Source: Octopus bimaculoides (lineage: Eukaryota). From it: 64,000 bases of DNA. The notes beneath the pieces are model-generated. The model ran no database searches, was not told the DNA's origin, and saw only the letters and a program-made list of their open reading frames with translations. The position numbers and the translations under genes are program-made. Shown in pieces: positions 12,758-25,260 of this stretch; position 1 is the first letter of the stretch; each line of letters opens with the position of its first letter. The stretch covers positions 99,910,023 to 99,974,022 of the forward strand of contig NC_068984.1 in assembly GCF_001194135.2 (NCBI RefSeq), in the 5' to 3' direction.

Positions 12758-13700
12758 CATCATCATCATCATCATTTAACGTCCAATTTCGATGCTGGCA
12801 TGGGTTGGACAGTTTGATTGGGGGCTGGCAAGCCAGAAGGCTGTACCAGGCTCCAATCCATCTGGCAAAGTTTCTACAGCTGGATGCTCTACCTAACGCC
12901 AACCACACCAAGAGTGTAGTGGGTGTTTTTTACATGCCACCGGCATGAGGGCCATTCAGGTAGTAGTAACATCGACCACACTTGAATGGTGCTCTTTACA
13001 TGCCACCAGCATGGAACCAGTCAGCTGGCACTGGTATAAACCAGTGCTTTTCAAATGGTGCTTTTCATGCACCGCTGGTACAGGAGCCAGTCAGATGGTA
13101 CTGGCAATGATCATGCTTGAATGGTGCTTTTAATGTGCCACCAGCAGAGGACCAGTCAGGCAGCACTTGCATCAACCACGCTCAAATTGTGCTTTTTGCG
13201 TGCCACCGGCACAGGTGCCGATTAGGCGGTACTGTCATCAGCCACAACAATGATTTCGCTTGACTCAACAGGTCTTTGCAAGTGCATTTTATTGTCCAAT
13301 GATTGAAGGGTACTCTTAAATAGGCTGGTTATGCTGCACTGGCATAGACCACGGTTATGGTCTCACTTGGCTTGCATATCTCCAAAGGTCTCAGTCACTT
13401 GTCATTGCTTCGGTGAGGCCCAATGTTTGAAGGTTGTGCTTCACCACCTCATCCCAGGTCTTCCTGGGTCTACCTCTTCCGCAGGTTCCCTCAACTGTGT
13501 GACACTCTTTCACACAGCTGTCCTTATCCATACACATGACCATACCAGCACAGTCGTCTCTCTTGCACACCACATCTGATGTTTCTTAAGTCCATCTTTT
13601 CTCTCAGGGTGCTTACACTCTGTTGTGTATGCACACTGACATTACACATCCAGCGGAACATACTAGCTTCATTCCTTGCAAGCTTATACATGTCCCCAGC
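12758..13700 (-). mobile_element. RTE-clade LINE 3' end: ORF2 C-terminus, repeat-containing 3' UTR and (GAT)n tail
   Basis: RNEASMFRWMCNVSV..LREKM..IRCGV, then VKECHTVEGTCGRGRPRKTWDEVVKHNLQTLGLTEAMTSD. Near-identical to the plus-strand copy at 54023. Confidence 0.85.
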
Positions 13701-13883
13701 AATGTATACACATGCACACAAAAACACATACACATACATACATACATGTGTGTGTGTATTTATATATGTATATGTGTAAAAGTACCTGTGTGGTGCCATG
13801 TAAAAGCGCCTTTGCAATGCCACATAAAAGTGCTTGTGCAGTGCCACATAAAAGCACCAGCACATTCTATGCCTCCTCCTCCT

Positions 13884-14085
13884 CATCATCATCAACATCA
13901 TCATCATTTAACGTCCATTTTCCATGTTAGCATGGGTTGGATGCTTTGATTCAAACTGGTAAAGTCAGGGGTTGCACCAGGCTCCATTGGCTGTTCTGGC
14001 ATGGTTTCTATAGCTGGATGCCCTTCCTAATGTCAGCCACTCTAGAGTGAACTGGGTGCTTTTTATGTGGCACCAGCACCAGTAT
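13884..14085 (-). mobile_element. Tail-only copy of the RTE family
   Basis: catcatcatttaacgtccatttccatgttagcatgggttgga.., the same terminus as at 12758. Confidence 0.8.
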
Positions 14086-14185
14086 CAATTCTGTTGTGGT
14101 GGACACACACACATACACACTTTCACACACACGTCTGTGATTGTGTGTGTATACATATATATATATATGCATACACAAACACATA

Positions 14186-14346
14186 TGATGGGCTTCTTTC
14201 AGTTTCTCTCTACCAAATCTACTCACAAGGCTTTAATTAGCCCAAAGCTATAGCAAAAAACACTTGCCTAAGGTCCTACCCAGTGGAACTGAACCTGAAT
14301 TCATGTGGTTGGGAAGGAAACTTCTTACCACACAGTCATGCCTGCA
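14186..14346 (-). mobile_element. SINE family B, 5' module
   Basis: Reverse complement of the family B head. Confidence 0.8.
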
Positions 14347-16410
14347 CCTGTTAGTCAACTAATTGAAACTATGGAAAACTTAGGCTAAGCCACTTGGCTA
14401 ATCTGATGAAAACCATTTAAGTATGACCTGGGTAACTTTCTGCTGTTTGTGTAAGGCCAATCTGGCACCCTAGGAAAATCAAGACAATACCTCTCAGAGT
14501 ATTGGAACTACCTGAGTTGGTTTGTGAGGCTCTTCTACACTTCCCCTGTCAGCTACTCCCATATAATCTTTGTGTACATCCAAAATGGTACTCTACAAAG
14601 ACTAATGAATGAGCTTTTATCACAGGTACCATATTTGGTCAGTAATGTGTTCTGCTACATGTGAACTGATAGAGATTTGGCTTCTATATCTAATAGGTCA
14701 AACTACAGATACAGACTTTTTGTTGGTTTGGTTTGGTATGTTGTAGATGTTGGGTGTTTTAAGGGTAGATTGCCCATGTAATGGTGGATGCTGTGAAACC
14801 CAGTATTTGCTAAACAAAATGTGTTCTTCATGTAGCCTGATGGTCATCCATTTTGTGTTTAATAGCCTTGTTGGTTTGTTGTGTGTGCAGCTTATTACAG
14901 TACCTAGTTCATTGTCACGTTTTCTTTTACTCAACTCCAACATTATCTCTGTAAACATCTAAAATGGCAATCTACAAAAACTAATGAACAAGGTGTTCCT
15001 AGATGTGTCTCTAGATATATGAAGAAATCTAGCCATCCAACTACTCTCTTGGAATAAACAACCACCTGTCAGAAAGATCTTCATTGCCCTCAGTGCTATT
15101 TACTACCAAGAGCTGCCACTTACCATCCAGTTCTAAGTAAACCATACCTTTAAATATCCACATCTTCCTGAAATTGCACAACAATGCCATGCTTTAAGAG
15201 AAAACCAATTTCTTTCTCATTAATTCAGTATTCTTAAAAAGGAAAAAACAACCACTGTAATTAAATAAATAAAAATGATCTGTTATCACCAATTAATAAA
15301 AAGTTGGAACTTCTTGATTGATTAAGAAAAGATAAAATAGAAACAGCAACAACAACAACAGTGATAATAATAATAACAATAATAATAATTCATTGAGAAT
15401 TGGAAAAGTGTATAAGATATAACAATTCCTATCATTTAAATATATCTTGGTCCTTTCAATATACCCAATTACTAAGTTTAATCATTAATTGATGCAAACA
15501 AAAACTACAATCATCATCGTCACCACTATCGTTACCATTATCATCATCATTATTGACTTCATCCTCATTCTTATCATCACTCTCTTTTTCTTCACCATCA
15601 TTATCATCCTCATCACCTATCTTTCATCATTACCATCATTATTCCTTTTTACCTGCTAATATCACCCTCATCACCTTTCCCATCAATACTAATATCACTG
15701 TCATCATCATCATCATAATATCAATTATCAGTACCGTTTTTATTTGTATCCAACAATAGTAGTAGCACATCATTAAATAATAATAATAACAATAATAATA
15801 ATTAAAACAATGGTTTCAAATTTTGGTACAAGGCCTGCAATTTCTTGGATGGATGTAAGATGATTATATCAATTCCAGTACCCAACAACCTCTTTTGCTA
15901 CAACCATCAGGCAAAGGAAGGCTGCTTTGCCTGCTTGATTGAAGGAGGGCAGTGGGGCAATCATCACTAGAGACTCAACTGATAGATGGGTCCATCTCAC
16001 AGATGATAGCAGCTGTTCAACATAGCCCCACAAGTCAGCAATGCCTGGATACTGAACAGGTGCATGAATAACAATGGTAATGACAATGATTAGATGGAAT
16101 CTCCCATCAAAGACATGAGTGTTCAGTTTTTGCTGAATGGCCTACACGAATGGTCTTTTTATAGCAATGAAATGTATGTGTTGTGCATTAGCTCACTCTA
16201 TCCATTAAATTGACATTGTCTGTACAGGTGCACTAAGGTGTCACATGTCATGTATCAAAATGAATGTAGAGCTGTGTGAAATGAAGTGTTTTGTTCAAGC
16301 ACAACACACTGCCCCATCTGAGAATCAAACCACGATCTAGGATTGTGAGTGCACCACCCTAATCACTAATCACAATAATAATAATAATAACAATTAAACA
16401 ATAAGAAGAG

Positions 16411-16635
16411 TGCAACTGTTATCACATGAACAATATTTCGACACTTTGTGTGTCTTCCACAAGTTCAAGATAATCATCTCAATCTACTTCATTTTGGTAA
16501 TATTTAAGGATTGGTGTTACTCCTCCACAAGGTGAAGAAGCAATAAAATGAATGTAACTGTTATCGAATGATTATTTTGAACTTGTGGAAGACACATGAA
16601 GTGTCGAAATATTGTTCATTCAATAACAGTCACAT
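16411..16635. repeat. Inverted repeat with arms of about 64 bp (16414-16477 and 16568-16630)
   Basis: gaacaatatttcgacactttgtgtgtcttccacaagttcaagataatcat pairs with atgattattttgaacttgtggaagacacatgaagtgtcgaaatattgttc. Confidence 0.85.
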
Positions 16636-16659
16636 TTTTCTTATTGTTTCTTTACCTTC

Positions 16660-19600
16660 GGGAGGTAATAGTCAGGTGATAGTATATGACAGATGTGATG
16701 TACGCATTCACCACCTCCACCCGACCTTACAAGGACAGCTTCCTCTCAGCTCATTCTGGGTGAGACTAGCCACCCTGTCTGTCACCTCACCCCAGTTCTT
16801 ATCCACCCCACAATGCTGTCAGTCAGCAAGGACCTGCCTCTCCAGGTGCTGAACTGCAAGCCCACTGATGTCTCCTGGTTAACCATTGCCCCTCTCACCT
16901 CATTCCCTTAGGGTAGTGCCGACCATCTCAATTTCTGAGAGATCCAGCACTATCATGGTGATGTCGTCTGCATATGCTGACACAAACCTTCTGCATCCTA
17001 GTTCATGCAGGATTCCCCTCAAAACATCCAGCTTCCGCAGTAATGACTTGAGTGCCAGTACATAGAGAAGGGGTGAGAGTGGGCATCCTTGATGGACCGA
17101 ACGTGCAATGCTAAACGATTCTGACAGGTGACCATTTACTTTGACCACCGAACAAATGTTGCTGTTCATTGCAGTGATCCAGCCTCTGAAAATTGGACTG
17201 AAACCAGCCGCCTTAAGGACAGCCTTCAAGTACTGATGGTCAATCCCATCAAAAGCTTTTGATTGATCCAAATTGATCAGGGCCCCGCCCATGCCAGGTT
17301 CTTCACCGACTTTTTCTATGATGTATTGTGTGAGGTGGGGTTTGTAGTGGATAAATCTATTGGAGATAGCGCAAGTGTGCACATTACCCACCAGTCTGTC
17401 AAAGACAAGTGCCAACACCTTGGCCAAAATTTTGTAATCATCATTTAGCAGAGTTACAAGCTTAAAGTTATCAACAATGTCCCCCTTGTTCAGATCCTTT
17501 CTCAGTAGCACCACCATACCTCGGTTCACAGATCTGGAGATTCTCCCGTTCTGCTGCCAATTGTGGTAGACATCCTGCAAAAGCTCACTGAACAACTCTG
17601 GCATATGAATATAAAGCTCGAAGGGCATGCCATCCAATTCTGGAGACTTCTCCCTTGAGCAACTAGCGAATGCATTGTGTTTATCTTCAGCTGTTATCAG
17701 CATTTCACAGAACTCCACATCCCTAGCCAAAAGTCACGGCAGACAATCGAGGTAGGAAGTGAAGTTTACCTCTGCTTCCAGACCACCATATGCCCCATGC
17801 AGTTCAACAAAATGCCACAGAAATTCCGCACAAATTTGCTTGGACTCGTGTAGCATGTGCCCGTCCCAACCCCTCAAAGACCAAATTGTAGTTTTATTAC
17901 CATGTTGTGCCAAGGCCACCCACACCCATTGAATGGCTTTCGTTCCCTCCTGTTTTAGAGCACGTGCCCTAGCTCTGACAATGCAACCTTCATTTTCGGT
18001 GTTGAAGAATTGGTTCAGAACCAGTATCACTGCCAGCACATCAGTTGCTATGCCTCTACTGAGTACCTCTTCCAATTTCCTAACTAGATCTCCCTCTTAT
18101 CTAGTCTTCTCTATCACTAGTTCTCTGCTAAATTTTACAGCTTCTACTCTAATCTACCATTTTAGGGCTACCCACCATCGGTTGTTGATGATAAGAGGAC
18201 CATCAGTTTTTTGTTGGCTCTTCTTACTAATGCAAAGTTAGCTGCCTGTGTTGTTTTTTGCTGTTCTTGTTGCGTTTGTGGTGTGAGTTTCCTTTAGAGA
18301 TTTTTTCTGTCTGCAGTGGGGTTTTTGGTGCTTGTGGTGTTTTAGTTGCTGATTGTGGTGCTGCAGGAGTTGTCTGAGTGTCTGCATTTGTTGTGGGTGT
18401 GTATGTAGTTTGGTGCAGGACAAGATGTCTCACCTCTGTGACTCGGTTGTTTGGATTTACTCTCCTTCCCCCTCATCATCACTTTTCAGTGTGGTAGAAC
18501 CAATGTCTGTTGCAACCTCCTCTTCTCTCTGTGGAAGTGAATTCATGTTTGTATGTGTATCTTTTTCTGTGTGTTTGTTTGTGAGAGGTGAGGTTGTTGA
18601 ATGTGGTTGTGAGGTGTTGTATTTCGTGGTTGACCTCTCCAATGGTTTTCCTGCTGATGCTGTTGTTACGCCTACCACTGCCACTGTTGTTATTCTCGTT
18701 GCTTTCCCTGTTGTTGTTGGTAATCTTTCTACAGTTGGTGCTGTTTTTTGTTTTCCCAGCCTTGGTGATTTTTTGCTGAGGGTAGAGTGCTTGTAGGTGT
18801 GTTGCTTCACTACAAGTGAAGCAATGAGGCCTTCTGCCCTCAATGATCAAAGGTAATTTCATCCCGTCCTTGAGGCAGACATGGTCTGGGGTGTTCTCCA
18901 AGTCTTGTGATTTTATTTGGATTAGCATTTCTAAATCCATCCCAACCCAGTCTTCTCTTTGCATCTGTTAGACTTTTAGGAGGAGGGTATCATTGCCTTC
19001 CATAATCATGCATCCCATGAGCCACCATATGTTGATATCTGGTGGGACTTGAAGTTTTATTGTTCTTCTGCCCATGTAGGATGGGTACATTATAAGCTGG
19101 TCAATTTACAAGGTCCACCAAATGTTTTATGGCCAGCTCTTCTGTTTTAAAAAGGACCAAGATGGTACCAAAACTTTGGGCCCTTTGAATGAATTCGATA
19201 TCCTCTCTGATTGAACTCATTGTCATCTCCACACGAAGGTGGGAGGGCTGTTCTGCTCTCCGAGACTGCGCTGAGATGCACCTATATTTTACTGTCCTCT
19301 TCTTAATTTCTACCTCCACTTCAGCTGGAATTGCAAGGTTCACCCAGGTTTTTTCTCTTTTTATGAGTTTGTGGGCCAGGGCTAACATCTCATAGTACTT
19401 TTGTTGGCATTTCACAGCTGCTGCTGCAAAGTACTTGTTCTGCTATCACTGTTGATGGTGGTGGTGGAATCGTTCACATTGTCACTGCTATTGTTACTTC
19501 CAAATACACCCCTCCCCTCTGTTGCTGGTCTTGACGTTGGTATTGGTTGTATTATCGATGTTTTTGTTGTCGTTATTCATTCTGTTATTGTTTTCTGTTA

Positions 19601-19960
19601 TGCTTCTCTGTTCCATATTGTTGAAGTTGTTATTTTCTGTGTTGATATTAGTTATCATGGTATTTTCCACATTGTTTCTGTTTGGGAAGTTGGCAGTTAC
19701 ATTTTTGTTGTCTATTCAGCTATTAAGTGAGTGTGTGTTCTCTATTGTATCGCTTTTCTCTGTTCTTTGCAGTTAATTTCATTACTGTCCATATAGTCTG
19801 AGTTGCTTTTGGATTCATTATCAATTTTGTCCTCGAAATTGTTACTTGTGTCTGTGAAAATTACATTTCCGTGACGTTTCCTGCTGTCACAAACTGGTTC
19901 ATTTTGTGTTAGAAAGTTATGTCCCTCCATGCCATTTTTCGCTTGCAAACATGTAAACAT
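16660..19960 (-). mobile_element. Tx1/L1-clade LINE: degraded ORF1 plus ORF2 RT; endonuclease deleted, 3' end missing
   Basis: ORF1 pieces at 19101-19415 and 18479-18964 (LPLIIEGRRPHCFTCSEATH, a zinc-knuckle remnant). ORF2 linker RWWVALK..EGCIVRARARALKQEG. RT at 16900-17730 with SPELDGMPFELY, DYKILAKVL, INLDQSKAFD, SVHQGCPLSPLLY and SAYADD. It ends near ..RKLSL.GRVEVVNAYITSVIYYHLT at about 16660. Confidence 0.9.
16900..17730 (-). pseudogene. Reverse transcriptase domain of the Tx1-like LINE (276-aa open stretch)
   Basis: RT subdomains in order, including QGCPLSP and YADD. Confidence 0.9.
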
Positions 19961-22900
19961 TTCACAAATACTAATATTTGGGCACAAGGCTCAAATATTA
20001 TTTAGTTCTTTTTTCTGAGGACAAAGTTTATTGTCTTATGCTCCCTTTTAAACAATAATTTCAATGAAGACAGTAGTTTTGATAACAAAAACACCAGTCA
20101 AGCTTCCGCCAACGTTCTAGCCTTCCAGCCAGAAGTATAACAATAACAATAATAAAGGCTCAAGCATAGATAAAGGCAGGGCATCTGGCACCTAGAGTGT
20201 CATCAGGCATTCACAGTCCTCTGTCATTTGGTCTGTCAAAGTTCCACTTTGGCATTCTATAGAGGATTAGTGGCAGGCAAGTGCAATGATGTTTTTGGAG
20301 AGAGTCTAGGTATCAACAAGAATCAGCCGGATGATCTGTTTCAGAGGACTTTCAGGCCGGGGCCCATGGATAAATTCCAAAAATTCTTTGCCTGGCAGTG
20401 CTATTGGGGGGTATTACTTGTTCAGGATAAATTCTACAGGCATGAAAGTGCTGTCAGCCAGGCTTGACCAAGATGCACACAGCACGACAAAACTGTTCTG
20501 CATGCTTTCATCTAGTGCCCAAGCATTGTTTTGACTTTTGGGTTTATGTTAGACATCTTTCATGTGTAGGATGGATCCAGCTATCAGCTGAGTCCATTAT
20601 GAAGGTTGTCCTGCCTCCTTCTTTGGTCAGGAAGGGCAGGCAGTGTTTATTTGTCTGATAGCCTTAGCAAAAGAGGTTGTGTGATAGACTAGGTTGAAAG
20701 GGCTAAAGACAGATATTTTCCTCTTTAGTCAAGCCCTCATCAACTTTTTCAAGTTTCTCTTGAAAAGGAAAGTGAAAAGGAAAAGGAAGTGCTACCTCAG
20801 CAATTTTGTTGAAAGGTTAGTGAATATGGTCTGAATGAATGGGCCTTCTTTGTGCATGTACCCGTAAATTGAAGGGAAGCAATGTGGAGTGGGCACTTGC
20901 CCTAGTGGTCAGGGCGACTGTGGTTTTGTGGAGTTTCCATGAGCAACCCTAGGAAGTTTTTTGCGCTTGGGTAATTTACTCATCATTAGAATTAATATTA
21001 TCACCAATTTTCTTCTTTCTACAATCAAAGTGATTACAGAACAATGGGAGATGTGTGTTTTAGTCAAGAAAGCAATTCACCACCTGGTCCAGGAATTGAA
21101 ATCATGATCTCGCTATTATGAGTGCAACACTTCAACCAATAGGTCATGCACCTTGAATATTGTACATACACAGGATATATATACAATACATGCTTCTTTA
21201 TGTACCTCTACATTCTTTTGTCTTGTATTGGACCCAACTTTTTTTTATGAATCCTTAGTGGTGAATAAAGAAAGCAAAAATAATAATTGTAATAACAACA
21301 AACATTATGATTGTTATTGTCACCTTTAAATATGATACAACCAACAATTATATCCTACAACTTGAACACAGAAGACAAGATATCAGAAGACAACAACACT
21401 TCTACAACATTTGCAACACCTATAGAAGATGTAGTATGGAAAACCAGATGACATACAGCCTTATTAGGAGCAATCACAGATTCCACATTTGTTCAGTAGT
21501 AACCACATTGGAATACAGACAATATGCAGGTACCACGTTTAATCCAATAACAACCACAATGATGTACAGGCAATATATTAGATTTAATAGGGATTATTAT
21601 AACATGAGCCTTCACTTTTTCTGCAATAAGCTATAAAGAACACATGTCAGTAAACTTGGCATTGTAATAAGCTGCCTACGGAACCAACCCACAAAATGAA
21701 TGACCATCAGGATATGTGAGAAGTACATTCTGCTGTATCAAACACCAGTTTACACAACACCCAGCATCTACAACATACCAGAACAAGCCAACAAGGGAGT
21801 CTATATGTTACAGCTAGGCCTACTAAAAATAGCAGCCAAATCTTTCTCAAATAATCCTTGTCTTCTTATATAAGGACAGAACACATTAAGTAATACTGTC
21901 CTACACCAGCATAAAGCAATAGGAGAGTCATGGCTGGAGTGCCTCGGGTTAAACAGTAGCAACAACTCTGTCCTAATAATATTAGATGAAGTCTATAATA
22001 ACATTTCAAGGATAACACTCCTAACAGAATTGTTTACAATCATCAAGTGATATTCCATTGACCGCTGGAATGTTGACAAAATTAATCCATTGGCTTGCAG
22101 TATTTAGTTATGTGCCTTTACATCCTGTGTTCAAATTTACCTTTCAACTTTCAATGGTCATTAAAATAAAGTACCCATGAACTACTGGGGTAGATTTGAT
22201 ATTTCCATAAATCATAATAGAATGGAAACATAACAGAAGACTAAGATAATTTTGTATTTCACACTTATGGAATCAATAAAATACAATATACACTACCAGT
22301 CAATTACTGGAGTAGATTTAATAATTCCTATAAAGCATCTTAGTTTTAACATTCTTAGAAGACTTACTTTATCTTTCATATTTCTGGGGTCAATACAAGA
22401 AATACCAGTCATATAGTGGATAGATTTGACATTCTGAAGAAACATCTTCGATGTGAATGGAGTTATAAAAGAAGACTAAAACTAATTTTACCTTTCGTCC
22501 TTCAATGGTCCATGAAATTAAAGTACATTTCATTTAGGCATTGCTAGACTAGTAATCTGGTGTAAAACTAAGCATACATATGCTTCAGAACAAAGTATTA
22601 GATGAGTATAGAGTGGTAATAAGAAAATGAGATGACAAAGGAGTAAAGGACTATCTTATGAACTTCACATTAGCTCACAACTATTTCTGCTATAAGATGC
22701 AATGCACTCATAGCTGAGTACCTGAGTAACACCTTATAGCTTCATCAAAGAAGCTTTCCTTGGCAGTATAGGTATGTTCTTGAGTGAAGTTCCCAAATAA
22801 GATTTTTCCAGCATCAAATAATTATTAGTTGTTAGAATTCTTCTGGATGGCAGTTTTTGTGTCTAAGGTATGCATACAATACATAAGTATGTATTATATT

Positions 22901-23479
22901 TAGAGAAGGTATAAATATTTTATGAAAGATTTACAGTTGATTAAAATGAGAAAGAATCGTTTTACAAAGTCAGTCAAATCTCCCTCAAACTCAGCCAACT
23001 GTTTTCAACATGGAAAAGTGAGATGAGATAATGTTGTTCTAGTTAACCCTTAAAAAATACTACAAAAAAAGACAATATGGTTATTGCCAGAGGCTTTTGA
23101 TTATAGGTTGTTTAATCAGGGTTAATCTAGGCCTAATCAACAACAATACTTCCAGAAAAGATGGAAACCAAAATTGCCACAGGCAGCATTTAAAGTCTGG
23201 AGACTAAACCAAATGCTGTTAAAATATTTTACCTGACACTTTACAGAATCTGCTGTTACAATGCCCTCTAGTCTCAATGAATTATAATCATTTAATAATA
23301 TTAATTATTATTATTAATTTTATTTTATGTTTTTTATTTTGGCATTTTATTTTCACTAATTTTGAAAAACTGTAAAGAAATAGATGAATTAAGAATTTTG
23401 CTTAACAAGAAAAGCATGGCATATTTCTAAATATAGAATAGTTTCAATTGATGGTTTTTCTATGTATTTTAGAACATTT

Positions 23480-23900
23480 TGTGTGTTTTTGTTGTTGTTG
23501 TTGTTATTGTGGTTATTGTTGTGGTTGTTGTAGTGATGGTGATTGTGGTATTTGTTGATTCTATTGTTGTGGTTGCTGGTTTTGGAAAACTACTTTGGCA
23601 GATGTTCTCAGTCGGAACTATTTACTGGAGTATATCATTTGTCATCATCAGCATTGTTATCATAATTACTACCACTAACCAACCACCACTACCACAAATA
23701 CCACCACCACCACCACCACCACAAATACCACTACCATCCCATCAATTATCACTATCACTACCATTATCATCATCATGATCATTATCATCACCAGTACGTT
23801 TGTTGCCATCATCATCATCATCATCACATTCATTCTCACATTCATCATTGTCATCGTTATCATCATCATCATCATCATCATCATCACTACCACGACCACC
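23480..23900. repeat. (GTT/GGT)n and (CAT/CAC)n low-complexity tract
   Basis: Trinucleotide runs visible directly. Confidence 0.85.
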
Positions 23901-24479
23901 AAAGTTTTCTCCTGCAATCAAATGCTATTCCCACACCACTGATAAAATTTTCTATCCCCTCCCATATCTGCATATAGGATAATCCTCTAGTTATTGTAGC
24001 TTAGGTTTATATTGCATGCATCTATGCATATATGTGTATATCTGTGTGTGCACTTATGCCTATTAAATGTGTGTGTATATGCAAATATGTGTCTATCTAT
24101 GCATGTATTTGAATATCTATCTGTGTATGTATATATCTAATTGTGTTTGTAATTATGTTTGTGTGTGTCTAAGAACATGTTATTGATGATGTGTGTGTGT
24201 TGGTAAAGGAATATTTTAAGACGAGCATCTGGTTTCTCATCAGATGTGATTCCTTAAAGCCAGAATACTCAGTTTTTAACAATCCACCCCATATTATTGA
24301 AGTACAGAGGGTGGGGGTGTCACATAGCATCTTTCCAAATGTCTCTCATAAAGATATAGAATTTTTTAATCAAAATTTAATTTATTATTTGCATTCATTT
24401 ATATATCTGAGGCATTCATTATATCAATACAGGAAGCACCACTGTTTCTCAGTTACCATTTATAAGTGCACAGAGCTAT

Positions 24480-24905
24480 TCAGTCAGTCATTGATATTCC
24501 TCTTGACCAATCCATTGATGCCCCTGTTCACACATCCAATAATACACCTGTTCAAATATTCACTGATGCTTCTGTTCCCCCATCTTTGATATTCATGTTT
24601 ACTCACCTGTTTATCCACCCTTAATATGGCTGTTCATCCATCCACTGACATCCCTGTTCACTCATTCATTATTTTTGTTCACCCATCCATGAATACTCCT
24701 GTTCATTTATTCAATGATACTCCTACTCACCTCTACAGTAATACTCATGTTCATCTTTCTGTTAATAATCATATTCACCCACCTATTAATACTCCCATTC
24801 ATTTGTTGTTGTTCACTCATCCAATAAAATTCCTGACCATTCATCCATTATTACTCCTGTTTTTCCATCTGTTAATATTCCTGTCCCTCTTCCATTCATA
24901 CTCCT
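24480..24905. repeat. Degenerate 24-bp minisatellite (cccatccattaatactcctgttca-like), roughly 17 units
   Basis: Units end in ..ctgttca / ..atgttca / ..atattca at a spacing of about 24 nt. Confidence 0.7.
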
Positions 24906-25043
24906 TTTCACCCATCATTATTGATGTGGAATGTTGCTAAAATATCATATTACACACTGATGACCAGCTTGCAGACATCTCCTTTATTATTACAAATCTA
25001 AACTAGAAATAGATATGGTGGGAGTAAAATGAAATAAATCAAC

Positions 25044-25205
25044 GTGGGAGTGGCTGTGTGGTAAGTAGCTTGTTTACCAACCACATGGTTCTGGGTTCAG
25101 TCCCACTGCATGGCACCTTGGGCAAGTGTCTTCTACTATAGCCTCGGGCCAACCAAAGCCTTATGAGTGGATTTGGTAGACGGAAACTGAAAGAAGCCCG
25201 TCGTA

Positions 25206-25260
<55 letters not shown>

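Noticed and set aside
15125-15168. 44-nt minus-strand mini-exon (KMWIFKGMVYLELD) with a gtaagt donor
   Set aside because: Too short to evaluate, and it lies in sequence resembling an old dispersed repeat.
22740-22860. Minus-strand SLKNIPILP, resembling the N-terminus of some Penelope ORFs
   Set aside because: A single short motif interrupted by stops, with no neighbouring RT motifs.
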